Below, one piece after another: positions 1 to 10,153 of a DNA stretch of 64,000 nt. The position numbers and the translations under genes were made by a program. How positions within the stretch are numbered: position 1 is the first letter of the stretch; each line of letters begins with the position of its first letter. This DNA comes from Nitrospirales bacterium (GTDB lineage Bacteria; Nitrospirota; Nitrospiria; Nitrospirales; UBA8639): the NCBI GenBank assembly GCA_965203295.1, contig CBDBCZ010000019.1, positions 1,920,001 through 1,984,000 on the forward strand, read 5' to 3'. The notes under the pieces are model-generated. The model was not told the origin of the DNA, made no database searches, and saw only the letters and a program-made list of their open reading frames with translations.

Positions 1-279
1 CCCGAAGAATGGAACTCATCAAATCATGTGATAGAGGCCGAGGAAATTTTCGACCTGTTAAGGCCCCTTCAATTGATCCAGCAACCGTTGGATCAACAAA
101 AATGGGAATAACTCGGTTTTCAGCCCGAAGCAAAACCACGGGACCTCGTGAAGTACCCATCACAACAACATTTTCAATCTTGACTTGTTTTGAGTTCTCT
201 CCCCCCCCTGAACGGCGTCGCCAGATTCCACCACTCCCCAACTCACAAGCACCAAAAGGACCAAAATTGGAAAACGCAT
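1..279 (-). pseudogene. Bifunctional nuclease (DUF151/BFN) family protein with signal peptide; frameshifted, runs off the window start
   Basis: ATG at 279 with an upstream GAGGGAGG RBS and a hydrophobic N-terminus. After a C8 run (201-208) another frame reads ENVVVMGTSRGPVVLLRAENRVIPIFVDPTVAGSIEGALTGRKFPRPLSHDLMSSILR. PRPLxHDL is the DUF151 motif. Not captured by the ORF track. Confidence 0.75.
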
Positions 280-331
280 AGCCCCCTCCCTCTTTGATGA
301 CCCAGTAACCCTGCTTTGGAGTCTGTGATGT

Positions 332-979
332 TTAGAGAGAAATAAATGGGTTGTCATGCTGTTCCAAGCCAATTTGGGTTTCCGGCCCATGACCGGTCAC
401 AACTCGCATCGACTCCTGAAGCGTGTAAAGCCGTTCTCGGATTGATTCTTCAATTGCCGCTAGATTCCCTCCCCACAGATCAGTCCGCCCAATTCCTCCA
501 CGAAATAAGGTGTCACCTGACAATAATAGGTCCTCATCAGGAAAATAGAAACACAATGAACCCGGCGTATGCCCAGGGGTATGGATCGCGATCCCTTTTT
601 TGGTTCCTACGAGAATCTTTTCTTCGTCTTGAAGCCAAAAATCTGGTGGTGGGGCAGGAACATACGATACTCCAAATAATTGGCATTGAATTTCCAACAT
701 ATCCCAAAGTTCGCGATCGGAGGCATTAAGACCGAGAGGCGCGTTGGTCGCCATCTTTATTGCTCGAGATGCCAGGAAATGATCAAAATGGGCATGGGTA
801 TGGACAATACTGACGACATTCAACCCGAGGCTTTGAACTTCTTGCAAAATCCGCTCTGGGGCCCCTCCTGGATCCACGATCATAGCCTGTTTTGTATCAG
901 GATCAGCGAGAATCGAGCAGTTACAGCCTAAGGGAGGCACGGGAAAAGTTCTTCGAATGAGGGCAGCCACGGCAGACAT
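332..979 (-). CDS. MBL-fold metallo-hydrolase (glyoxalase II-like)
   Basis: THAHFDH, HTPGHTPG, SGDTLF and TGHG motifs. Confidence 0.92.
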   Translation of the reverse strand: MSAVAALIRRTFPVPPLGCNCSILADPDTKQAMIVDPGGAPERILQEVQSLGLNVVSIVHTHAHFDHFLASRAIKMATNAPLGLNASDRELWDMLEIQCQLFGVSYVPAPPPDFWLQDEEKILVGTKKGIAIHTPGHTPGSLCFYFPDEDLLLSGDTLFRGGIGRTDLWGGNLAAIEESIRERLYTLQESMRVVTGHGPETQIGLEQHDNPFISL

Positions 980-1284
980 CCTTTCCAGAGGACAGGTCTC
1001 TAGCCAAACTCAAACCATCTCGCCACGAGAACACATCTGATCTGGTTCATCCAAACCATATTTCAACTTTTGAATAACTCAAAATTTCCCATGGATCATG
1101 TCATTTGACTCACTTCGACAATATTCCAGTTTATGTTCGGAAGACAAAACATAGGATAAAGAGGTATTCTTAACCACGTCAACAGTACGATGGAAACACG
1201 ACCCACATATTTTTTATTGAAATAATTTCCCTGGCAGTCTACAATTCTCATGAACCTTCGGCTTCCTCATTCTGATTCACACCT

Positions 1285-2211
1285 TTGAACATTAACCATC
1301 TCCAGCACCAAGTGACGGAGCAAAATCTCTCCGCTCATCCCAAGCTAGATTCACCAGTGCCTCAACGGTTCTGTGCTGTCAGCATCGCTCGAGTTCTCCT
1401 ATTGCTGTTTGGGATGAGCCTTCTCTTGGGGTGTCCGCCTGATAACGCTTCACTCGTTGAAGAAAACGAGCAACTTCAAAAGCAAATCACGAAACAGGAA
1501 TCCATCATGGCGACGTTGCAAGAGGGAAACCGTGTGTTACAGAAACAAATTGACTTACTGAACCAGGAACTCCGAGATGAAAAAAATAGCCTCGATGGGG
1601 TAAGAAACGACCTCAATGAAGCAAACATCAAACTAGAACAACAACGAAAAGAAACACGTCAGCATGATCAAAGTTTGGCTGTAGAGCACAAGAAATTAGC
1701 CTCCCAATTGAGAATTCTCAAAAAAGAAAACACCAAGCTGATTGCCGATGCACAGTGGTTACGCACCCTTCGCGCCCAGTTTCGAAAAAACCTCTATGTT
1801 GATAAGCAAGGGACGAAATTCCAAGTCTTGCCTCATCCGCTACCAACACTGATTCAAGCTACTCGACAAACCTTAACTCAGAACGGTTACCTCATATTAG
1901 CCACCATGGCCACTGACCAAAAAGCCGTCTATATCACCAAAAGAAAAGCCTCCATGCCTTCAAGTCTCGAACTCCAGGGCTTTCGGAATCAATACCTCAT
2001 TTTCCTAGAGAAGTTGGCCCCCGAAAAAACCAAATTAAGTGTCAAAGCTGAATTTGAGAAGGTGACGAAGCAAGGCAATATCTTGCCAGCAACTCAAGAA
2101 GAAATTCAGGAAATTGAATTCCGATTGATTGAGGCGATTAAGACCCTGTCCGACACAACCGACAAAAAGCCTAGCAGTCATTCCGAAGCGACCTCTTCCT
2201 TCCCAGTCTGA
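1285..2211 (+). CDS. Hypothetical lipoprotein with long coiled coil (true start probably downstream of 1285)
   Basis: Hydrophobic stretch ending LLLGC (lipobox-like), followed by a heptad-rich Q/E/K/L segment. Confidence 0.65.
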   Translation: MNINHLQHQVTEQNLSAHPKLDSPVPQRFCAVSIARVLLLLFGMSLLLGCPPDNASLVEENEQLQKQITKQESIMATLQEGNRVLQKQIDLLNQELRDEKNSLDGVRNDLNEANIKLEQQRKETRQHDQSLAVEHKKLASQLRILKKENTKLIADAQWLRTLRAQFRKNLYVDKQGTKFQVLPHPLPTLIQATRQTLTQNGYLILATMATDQKAVYITKRKASMPSSLELQGFRNQYLIFLEKLAPEKTKLSVKAEFEKVTKQGNILPATQEEIQEIEFRLIEAIKTLSDTTDKKPSSHSEATSSFPV

Positions 2212-2809
2212 ACATTATCTTCCACATCGGTCTTTTTCTTCCATTCCCTCATCAAGAATCGGCCGAACCGTGACTCCTGCCAGCCAACAATCTATCGAAC
2301 CGGTTCGACCGGTTCTGGCAGCTCTCCGAGATGTACAATGCTACACATAAATTTGGGCGATCGTATTCTGTTGATGCTCCTCATCGGTTCAGAAATCTGA
2401 ACTCGAGCCTAGAAATCGAAAAGTGAGCACTCTATCATCATCGATCATCTCCCTGTGAGCGCTCCTTCAAGAGATCAAAAAACGATTGATCTCCTTCAAA
2501 AACATTCGTGTTTTCCTATATTCAGGCTGGTTTTTGATTGGTGTCCCGGAGGGTATGCTCAGGCCGGAGTGACAACCTGATCGAGTTGATGAGTCACATC
2601 AGCACCACGAATTGGCGAAGCTGTTGATTTGAACGACCCTGGAGATGATTTGGGGGCAGCGCTGTATCGAAGGTCGATCTAGCAGGACGTGAGGTGTGAA
2701 ACGGTCTAGCGGATAGGAATGCTCCTGAAGAGACGGCAAGCCGTGTTTCGTCCGATCACAGGCCAAGGCCAGACAATAGCGCTCTCGCTAAATTTAGGGA
2801 GAGGAAAGC

Positions 2810-4246
2810 TCAGGAATGCGCAGCAGCTAGACTACGCCCTGCTTGAAGGTACGCATCGACTCCAGCTGCGGCTTTTCGCCCTTCTGCGATGGCCCATACG
2901 ATCAGGGAAGCCCCCCGCTTTGTATCGCCGGCTGCAAACACCCCATCAACTGAGCTCATGAAATTCTCATCCACGGCGACATTGCCCCTTGCATCATACT
3001 CGACACCCAAGTGATCCAGTAGCCCATTTTTCACGGGACCTGTAAACCCCATGGCCAGCAATACTAAGTCCACATCCATGTCGAATTCGGTTCCGGAGAC
3101 TGAGGAAAATTTTCCATTTTCTAAGTTGACACGATGGGCATGAAGCTTTGTGAGCTGTCCGTCATGTCCAGAGAACTTGGTCGTCGAGACACTCCATTGA
3201 CGGTCACAACCCTCTTCATGAGCATGAGACGTGCGAAGCTGCATCGGCCAAAGAGGCCAGGGGGTCGACTCTGCTCGTGTCGGGGGTGGCTCAGGGAGTA
3301 ACTCAAATTGGTGAACTTCACTGCACCCTTGACGATGAGCCGTTCCCAAGCAGTCAGATCCCGTATCGCCTCCACCAATGATGACGACACGCTTCCCTTT
3401 GGCAGTAATCGGTTCATCCGATAGCGCATCCCCGGCATTGCGTTTATTTTGCTGAGTCAAATACTCCATAGCCAAATGAACACCTTTGAGTTCGCGACCA
3501 GGAATAGGCAGCTCCCGAGGTTGTTCAGCGCCAAGTGTCAGACAAACCGCATCAAACCGTCGATAGAGCGTTTCGGCATCAAGGTCAACTCCGACATTGA
3601 CGTTAGTCTCGAAACGGACTCCTTCGAGATTCATCTGTTCCAACCGACGATCGATCACCCATTTTTCCATCTTAAAATCAGGAATCCCGTATCTCAGCAA
3701 CCCGCCAATACGATCCGATTTTTCAAATACGGTGACGGTATGCCCTGCTCTCGCCAACTGCTGAGCAGCTGCTAAGCCTGCTGGGCCGGAACCTACGACG
3801 GCCACGGTCTTCCCTGTTTGAGTAATGGGTGGGACAGGCTGAACGAACCCTTCCGCGAATCCTTTATCAATGATATTCCATTCAATCACTCGAATGGAGA
3901 CTGGATCAGCGTTGATCCCAAGGACACAAGCCGATTCACAAGGAGCAGGGCATAAACGACCCGTAAATTCGGGGAAATTGTTGGTCGCATGCAAAGCCTT
4001 TAACGCATCCTGCCATCTTCCACGATGCACTAAATCGTTCCATTCTGGAATTAAATTCACGACAGGACAACTTGATGGGCTCTGGCAGAAAGGCACCCCA
4101 CAATCCATACATCGAGCACCCTGTGTTTTCAGCTTATCATCAGGAAACGGGTCATATATTTCACGCCAATCAAGGATCCGCAACTCCACTGGGCGCCGAG
4201 ATGGTCCCTCTCGGCGGTATTTCACAAAACCTTTCGGATCAGCCAT
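2810..4246 (-). CDS. gltD: Glutamate synthase small subunit
   Basis: RCMDCGVPFC, GRLCPAPCESAC, GSGPAG and GGGDTGSDC motifs; overlaps the gltB stop. Confidence 0.97.
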   Translation of the reverse strand: MADPKGFVKYRREGPSRRPVELRILDWREIYDPFPDDKLKTQGARCMDCGVPFCQSPSSCPVVNLIPEWNDLVHRGRWQDALKALHATNNFPEFTGRLCPAPCESACVLGINADPVSIRVIEWNIIDKGFAEGFVQPVPPITQTGKTVAVVGSGPAGLAAAQQLARAGHTVTVFEKSDRIGGLLRYGIPDFKMEKWVIDRRLEQMNLEGVRFETNVNVGVDLDAETLYRRFDAVCLTLGAEQPRELPIPGRELKGVHLAMEYLTQQNKRNAGDALSDEPITAKGKRVVIIGGGDTGSDCLGTAHRQGCSEVHQFELLPEPPPTRAESTPWPLWPMQLRTSHAHEEGCDRQWSVSTTKFSGHDGQLTKLHAHRVNLENGKFSSVSGTEFDMDVDLVLLAMGFTGPVKNGLLDHLGVEYDARGNVAVDENFMSSVDGVFAAGDTKRGASLIVWAIAEGRKAAAGVDAYLQAGRSLAAAHS

Positions 4247-7200
4247 GGAGAACCATTTCCTTTCCGCGCCTCAACTTGGACTTGGCTGCCTCTGCTTTTC
4301 GTTCGGCAAGGACCCGCTTATAATCTATCGGCATCACTTTGACGAATTTTGGCAACATGGCTTCCCAGGCATCTAATATCGATTTTGCCTTCAGGCTTCC
4401 AGTGTAGGCATAGTACTTCTCGATCATTCTGTGAAGTGTGTCTTTATCTTCGCGTGCGACAACTTTTTCTAATTCGACCATGCCGAGATTACAACGAGTC
4501 TCAAACTTCTTGTCTTCGTTGAACACATAGGCTTCTCCACCTGACATCCCCGCCGCAAAATTTCTGCCGGTTTTTCCAAGCACCACAACCACTCCCCCGG
4601 TCATGTATTCACACCCGTGATCACCCGTTCCCTCGATCACGGCACGTACTCCACTATTGCGGACCGCAAAGCGTTCACCTGCCGTGCCATAAAAATAGGC
4701 CTCACCGCCTGTGGCACCATAGAGAGACGTATTTCCGATCAAGATCGTCTCCCCTGGATTAAACGTGCTCCCTTTGGGAGGAATGACAATAATCTTCCCT
4801 CCTGAGAGTCCCTTTCCTAGATAATCATTGGATTCACCCTCTAGGGTCAGCGTGATTCCATGAGAAAGAAAAGCTCCAAAAGATTGACCAGCAGAGCCCG
4901 TGAATTTGATCCGAATCGTATCTTCTGGAAGCCCTTGCAAGCCATATTTCCTTGCAACATGACTTGACAGTACCGTTCCTGTGGTTCGGTTGACATTTCG
5001 AATCGGGAGTTCAAGCGACACAGGTTCTTTTCGTTCAATAGCGGGTTGGCACGACTCTATTAATTGGTTATCCAAAATATTCGCCAATCCATGATCCTGC
5101 GGTTGGACGCAATGAGTGGCAATCTCAGAACCGACATCCGGCTTCCATAACAGAGCAGAAAGGTCCAGTCCTTTGGCCTTCCAATGATCAAGAGCTTTTT
5201 GGATCTTGAACTTATCGACCCGCCCAACCATTTCAGCGACAGTTCGAAACCCCAACTGTGCCATCAGACGTCGGGCCTCTTCCGCAACGAAAAAGAAGTA
5301 GTTCACCACGTGCTCGGGTTGGCCTGTAAACCGTTTTCGAAGTTCTGGGTCTTGAGTTGCGACCCCGACTGGGCACGTGTTTAAATGACACTTTCGCATC
5401 ATGATGCAGCCTTCGACGATTAACGGAGCGGTGGAAAAACCAAATTCCTCAGCCCCCAATAGCGCCGCCACCACCACATCCCTTCCGGTTTTCATTTGGC
5501 CATCGGTTTCAACTCTAATTCGTCCTCGAAGATCATTCAGCACCAAGGTTTGATGCGTCTCCGCTAACCCAAGCTCCCAAGGAATGCCAGCATATTTGAT
5601 GGAAGACAATGGAGAAGCACCGGTACCGCCAGAATCTCCACTAATCAGAACCTTATCAGCGTGAGCTTTTGAGACACCCGCCGCCACCGTCCCGACTCCA
5701 ACTTCCGACACCAGTTTAACCGATACATCCGATTGCGGGTTCGAATTTTTCAAATCAAAAATGAGCTGCGCCAAGTCTTCAATTGAATAAATATCATGGT
5801 GCGGTGGTGGAGATATGAGACCAACCCCAGGCGTGGAGTATCGAAGTTTCGCAATCACTTCATCCACCTTGTGACCTGGGAGTTGTCCACCTTCCCCTGG
5901 TTTCGCCCCTTGTGCCATCTTAATTTGTAGCTCCTTGGCATTCACCAGGTAATGGGCCGTGACCCCAAATCGTCCTGAAGCGACTTGCTTGATATAGGAA
6001 TTTTTGGAATCTCCATTCGATAGGGGAACAAAACGTTCGGGATCTTCTCCCCCCTCCCCCGTATTACTCTTAGCCCCAAGCCGGTTCATCGCAATTGCAA
6101 GGGTCTCGTGTGACTCTTTGCTGATCGCACCAAACGACATCGCCCCCGTGGTAAACCGCTTCACAATGTCCTTCGCAGGCTCAACTTCCTCCAAAGGCAG
6201 AGGTGTGGCCACAAATTTGAAATCCAATAACCCCCGAAGGTTCGAGCGGTGTCGAGTCTCATCGTTCACCAATTGGGCGAATTCTTCATAGGTTTTGGGA
6301 TCATTGGTTTTGGTTGAGTGCTGTAACTTAGAAATCGTTTCAGGGTTCCAATTATGATATTCGCCCTGACTGCGGTAGTGAATCTCGCCGCCGAAGTCCA
6401 ATTGTCGGAGGCGTTCAGTCGCGTAAGCCTTGGCATGCCGACGGAGAGTCTCCTCCCCAATTTCTTGCATGCCAATTCCTTCTATCCGTGAAGGCGTGCC
6501 TGTGAAATAGCGATCCACGAGTTCATGGTTCAGACCAATGGCTTCAAATATTTGGGCCCCACAATAGGATTGGACCGTCGAGATTCCCATTTTTGAGAAG
6601 ATTTTCAGAAGTCCTTTATTGACGGCTTTGATGAATTTCGCTTCTGCCGTATCAGAATCCATTCCCTCAGGGAAATACTTTTCTCGTTGCATGTCCACCA
6701 GACCTTCGAACACCAAATATGGATTGACCGTCCCGGCTCCATATCCAATGAGACAGGCAAAGTGGTGAACATCACGGGGTTCACCAGTTTCCACAATAAA
6801 TCCGACTTCCGTTCGAGTCGCTTCCCGCACCAAATGATGGTGCACAGCGGAAATCCCTAAAAGACTAGGAATGGGGGCACATTCAGCATTGACTCCCCGA
6901 TCGCTGAGGATCAGGAATTTGTACCCACTTCGAATCGCTTGGGAAGCTTCTTGACACAACTTGTCGACTGCTGACCCTAATCCATCTGACCCCTCTGCGA
7001 CACGGAAGAGCATAGGGAGCGTTTTACTGAGAAAATGAGGATCTTCAAATTCCCGAATTTTCTGAAGTTCCGCATTCGTAATGATAGGCTGCTGAACTTT
7101 TATCCGCCGGCACGCTTCCGGAATTTCTGCAACAAGGTTCGGCTTAGGGCCAATGTTCGTCACCAAGGACATCACCAATTGTTCTCGAGTAGGATCAATG

Positions 7201-8792
7201 GGAGGATTAGTCACTTGCGCAAAAAGTTGCTTGAAGTACTTAAAAACGAGTTGGGGTCTGTTGGACAGAACAGCCAGAGGTGTATCCGTTCCCATGGAGG
7301 AAGTAGGCTCTTCGCCATTGATGGCCATGGGCGACAACACCATTTTGAGTTCTTCCACCGTATAGCCAAAAGCCTGTTGACGCTGTCGAAGGGTAGGACG
7401 GTCAGGTTGGGGCACGTTTAACGGTTCTGGAAGTTCATCAAGCGAAACCCGGTGTTGGGTCACCCAACTCCGGTAAGGTTTTCGTCCCACAATATCTGCT
7501 TTGATTTCTTCGTCATCGATGATTCGCTCTTGGACGGTATCAACGACAAACATCCGTCCTGGCTGCAATCGTCCTTTTTGGCGAATGTTTTTCGGATCGG
7601 TGGGAAGGACACCAGCTTCTGAGCCAAGAACCACCAAGTCATCATTGGTGACTTGATACCGACAAGGACGAAGCCCATTCCGATCCAATGTTCCACCGAT
7701 GAGCTTCCCATCAGTAAAGGCCACGGCTGCCGGCCCGTCCCATGGCTCCATCATCGAGGCGTGGTATTCATAGAACCCACGACGATCCAAGTTCATCGAT
7801 GGATTCCCAACCCAAGGCTCAGGAATCAACATCATCATGGCATGGGGAAGAGACCGGCCAGCCATCACAAGAAACTCCACAGCGTTGTCCAAACATCCAG
7901 AGTCACTCTGTTCTTCATAGACGATGGGATACAGCTTTTGCAGGTCTTTCCCGAATAATTCTGATTCCAATCTCCCCTGCCGCGCCCGCATCCAATTGAC
8001 ATTGCCTTTCAAGGTATTGATTTCACCGTTATGCACCGTATATCGATATGGGTGGGCGAGCATCCAGGAAGGGAATGTGTTCGTGCTAAATCGCGAATGC
8101 ACGAGACCCAAGGCGGAGATCATACTGCTATCGGCTAAGTCTGGATAGAATTGGGATAACTGCTCGGGAAGCAACATGCCCTTATAGACAATGGTATTGC
8201 CGGACAAACTTGTGACATAAACAGTCCCACGTTCAACTAAGGCCGACTCTCGAATGGCCCGAGCAATCCGCTTTCGTATCACGTAGAGTTTTCGCTCGAA
8301 TTGGGCTTCGTTCAACATATCCCGTCCGACAAAAAACTGCCGGATGTAGGGCATAGCCTTTCTCGCTTGAATCCCAATTGCGTCTTCTTTTGTGGGGACG
8401 TCCCTCCATCCCAGAAAGCGCTGTCCTTCTTCCCCGATTATCGTTTCAAAAAGTTTTTCACACTGCTGCCGTCGCGAGGCATCTTGCGGGAAAAACACCA
8501 TTCCCACGCCATACTCACTAGCCCCTGGGAGAACGATTCCACTGTCAGCTGCTGCTCTTTTAAAGAATCCATGCGAAATCTGGAGGAGAATACCCGCCCC
8601 ATCCCCCGTACGGGCATCAGAACCTTGAGCCCCCCGGTGATACAGATTTTCAAGAATTTTCAAACCTTTTTGGACAATATCATGAGATTTGTGCCCTTTA
8701 ATATTGACGACAAAACCAATTCCACACCCATCCTTCTCGAATCGGGGATCATAGAGTCCTTGCTTGGGAGGAAAACCAGGAATGTTCATCAT
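4239..8792 (-). CDS. gltB: Glutamate synthase large subunit
   Basis: N-terminal CGIGF (Ntn Cys), HSRFSTNT, KQVASGRFGV, CIMMRKCHLNTC cluster motif; 1517 aa. Confidence 0.98.
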   Translation of the reverse strand: MMNIPGFPPKQGLYDPRFEKDGCGIGFVVNIKGHKSHDIVQKGLKILENLYHRGAQGSDARTGDGAGILLQISHGFFKRAAADSGIVLPGASEYGVGMVFFPQDASRRQQCEKLFETIIGEEGQRFLGWRDVPTKEDAIGIQARKAMPYIRQFFVGRDMLNEAQFERKLYVIRKRIARAIRESALVERGTVYVTSLSGNTIVYKGMLLPEQLSQFYPDLADSSMISALGLVHSRFSTNTFPSWMLAHPYRYTVHNGEINTLKGNVNWMRARQGRLESELFGKDLQKLYPIVYEEQSDSGCLDNAVEFLVMAGRSLPHAMMMLIPEPWVGNPSMNLDRRGFYEYHASMMEPWDGPAAVAFTDGKLIGGTLDRNGLRPCRYQVTNDDLVVLGSEAGVLPTDPKNIRQKGRLQPGRMFVVDTVQERIIDDEEIKADIVGRKPYRSWVTQHRVSLDELPEPLNVPQPDRPTLRQRQQAFGYTVEELKMVLSPMAINGEEPTSSMGTDTPLAVLSNRPQLVFKYFKQLFAQVTNPPIDPTREQLVMSLVTNIGPKPNLVAEIPEACRRIKVQQPIITNAELQKIREFEDPHFLSKTLPMLFRVAEGSDGLGSAVDKLCQEASQAIRSGYKFLILSDRGVNAECAPIPSLLGISAVHHHLVREATRTEVGFIVETGEPRDVHHFACLIGYGAGTVNPYLVFEGLVDMQREKYFPEGMDSDTAEAKFIKAVNKGLLKIFSKMGISTVQSYCGAQIFEAIGLNHELVDRYFTGTPSRIEGIGMQEIGEETLRRHAKAYATERLRQLDFGGEIHYRSQGEYHNWNPETISKLQHSTKTNDPKTYEEFAQLVNDETRHRSNLRGLLDFKFVATPLPLEEVEPAKDIVKRFTTGAMSFGAISKESHETLAIAMNRLGAKSNTGEGGEDPERFVPLSNGDSKNSYIKQVASGRFGVTAHYLVNAKELQIKMAQGAKPGEGGQLPGHKVDEVIAKLRYSTPGVGLISPPPHHDIYSIEDLAQLIFDLKNSNPQSDVSVKLVSEVGVGTVAAGVSKAHADKVLISGDSGGTGASPLSSIKYAGIPWELGLAETHQTLVLNDLRGRIRVETDGQMKTGRDVVVAALLGAEEFGFSTAPLIVEGCIMMRKCHLNTCPVGVATQDPELRKRFTGQPEHVVNYFFFVAEEARRLMAQLGFRTVAEMVGRVDKFKIQKALDHWKAKGLDLSALLWKPDVGSEIATHCVQPQDHGLANILDNQLIESCQPAIERKEPVSLELPIRNVNRTTGTVLSSHVARKYGLQGLPEDTIRIKFTGSAGQSFGAFLSHGITLTLEGESNDYLGKGLSGGKIIVIPPKGSTFNPGETILIGNTSLYGATGGEAYFYGTAGERFAVRNSGVRAVIEGTGDHGCEYMTGGVVVVLGKTGRNFAAGMSGGEAYVFNEDKKFETRCNLGMVELEKVVAREDKDTLHRMIEKYYAYTGSLKAKSILDAWEAMLPKFVKVMPIDYKRVLAERKAEAAKSKLRRGKEMVLHG

Positions 8793-9060
8793 CTTTATTT
8801 ATCTACATTCAGAAATAATAGTCACAACCAAATGGAATCAAAACTTCCTTAAATTTTTCGTTGGAATTCACAGACTCGAAGAAACTGAGCAATTTCCAGA
8901 CCTGAAAGAACAGGGCTACCGAGCGTCCTCTAACCATGCGAAAACGCCAAGGAAATACGTAGCCAGACCTTACTTGATGGTTCAGGAGAGTGTCAAGATA
9001 ATCCGATCAACTTGAACGGCCCTTCTGCATTCATCTCCAAATGCACAGAGTCCAAAATCC

Positions 9061-10107
9061 TTGACAAAACCTCTTAACCCCACCTACTATCGCCAAACCA
9101 TGCCAGACGGACCACCAGTAGCCCAGAGTCCAATCACAATGGATGAAGTCTGGGAGGCCTATAGAGAAGACCTTGAGGAAATTGAATCCCAAATTCAACA
9201 AAATTTCGATTCAGAAATCCCCCTCATCAACGAAATTGCAGCGTACATTCTCAACGGCGGGGGGAAACGCGTCCGTCCGCTGTTGCTCATCCTCTGCGCC
9301 CGACTTTCTGGGCTCATCCACAAAGAGGACCTTATTCTTGGGAGCCTGGTCGAGTTTATCCACACGGCTACCCTCCTCCACGATGACGTACTGGATGAAG
9401 CAGACCTCAGACGAGGACAGGACACCGCTCGGCGTATTTGGGGCAATCAAGCAAGTATTCTCGTCGGCGATTACCTCTATTCAAGAGCCATGTGTCAAAT
9501 CGCCGCGTTTCAGAATCACGATGTCAACGATGCAATCGCCGAAGCTTGTCGAAAGATGGCTGAAGGCGAAATATTGGAATTGTGCTCAAGTAATCAACCA
9601 ACTCGAACGGAAACAGAATATCTTCGTATCATTGAGTTTAAAACAGGAGCACTCGTTGCTGCCTCGTGTAGAGTCGGTGGGATCATCGGAGGCGCATCTC
9701 AGACCCAACAGGCGGCGCTTTTTCAATTTGGACTCCACTTGGGCATTGCCTTTCAACTGACCGATGACCAACTAGACTACGCCGCCAATGGGTCCCAACT
9801 TGGGAAAACATTGGGGCAAGATTTCAGGCAGGGGATGGTCACCCTTCCTTTACTGCATTTACTGCAAGCGGCTCCGCCTGAAGTCCGGAGTCCAATTCTT
9901 GAAGAATTTAAGACTGGAACGTTAGAGGATCAGGACCTGTTTCACCTTATTGGGCTCATGGAACAATACGGATCTCTGGCCTATGCGGCAGCTCGTGCCC
10001 AGGAATACATTGATGCGGCTCTTTCGCAACTTAACGCCTTTCCCGATTGTCCAGCCAAACGATCTTTGAGCATTGTGGCCGATTACATGGTAAACCGGAA
10101 CCGGTAA
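9061..10107 (+). CDS. Polyprenyl diphosphate synthase (IspB/HepT-like); start may be a downstream ATG
   Basis: GGKRVRP, first Asp-rich motif LLHDDVLD...RRG, second FQLTDDQLD, KTG. Confidence 0.93.
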   Translation: MTKPLNPTYYRQTMPDGPPVAQSPITMDEVWEAYREDLEEIESQIQQNFDSEIPLINEIAAYILNGGGKRVRPLLLILCARLSGLIHKEDLILGSLVEFIHTATLLHDDVLDEADLRRGQDTARRIWGNQASILVGDYLYSRAMCQIAAFQNHDVNDAIAEACRKMAEGEILELCSSNQPTRTETEYLRIIEFKTGALVAASCRVGGIIGGASQTQQAALFQFGLHLGIAFQLTDDQLDYAANGSQLGKTLGQDFRQGMVTLPLLHLLQAAPPEVRSPILEEFKTGTLEDQDLFHLIGLMEQYGSLAYAAARAQEYIDAALSQLNAFPDCPAKRSLSIVADYMVNRNR

Positions 10108-10153
10108 TCTTCTTTCTCACCTTCAAAACCTTACTCATCGATTTCAGGAAAGA

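Noticed and set aside
4617..8852. Many plus-strand ORFs overlapping gltB
   Set aside because: Antisense shadows of a long conserved gene, with no recognisable motifs.
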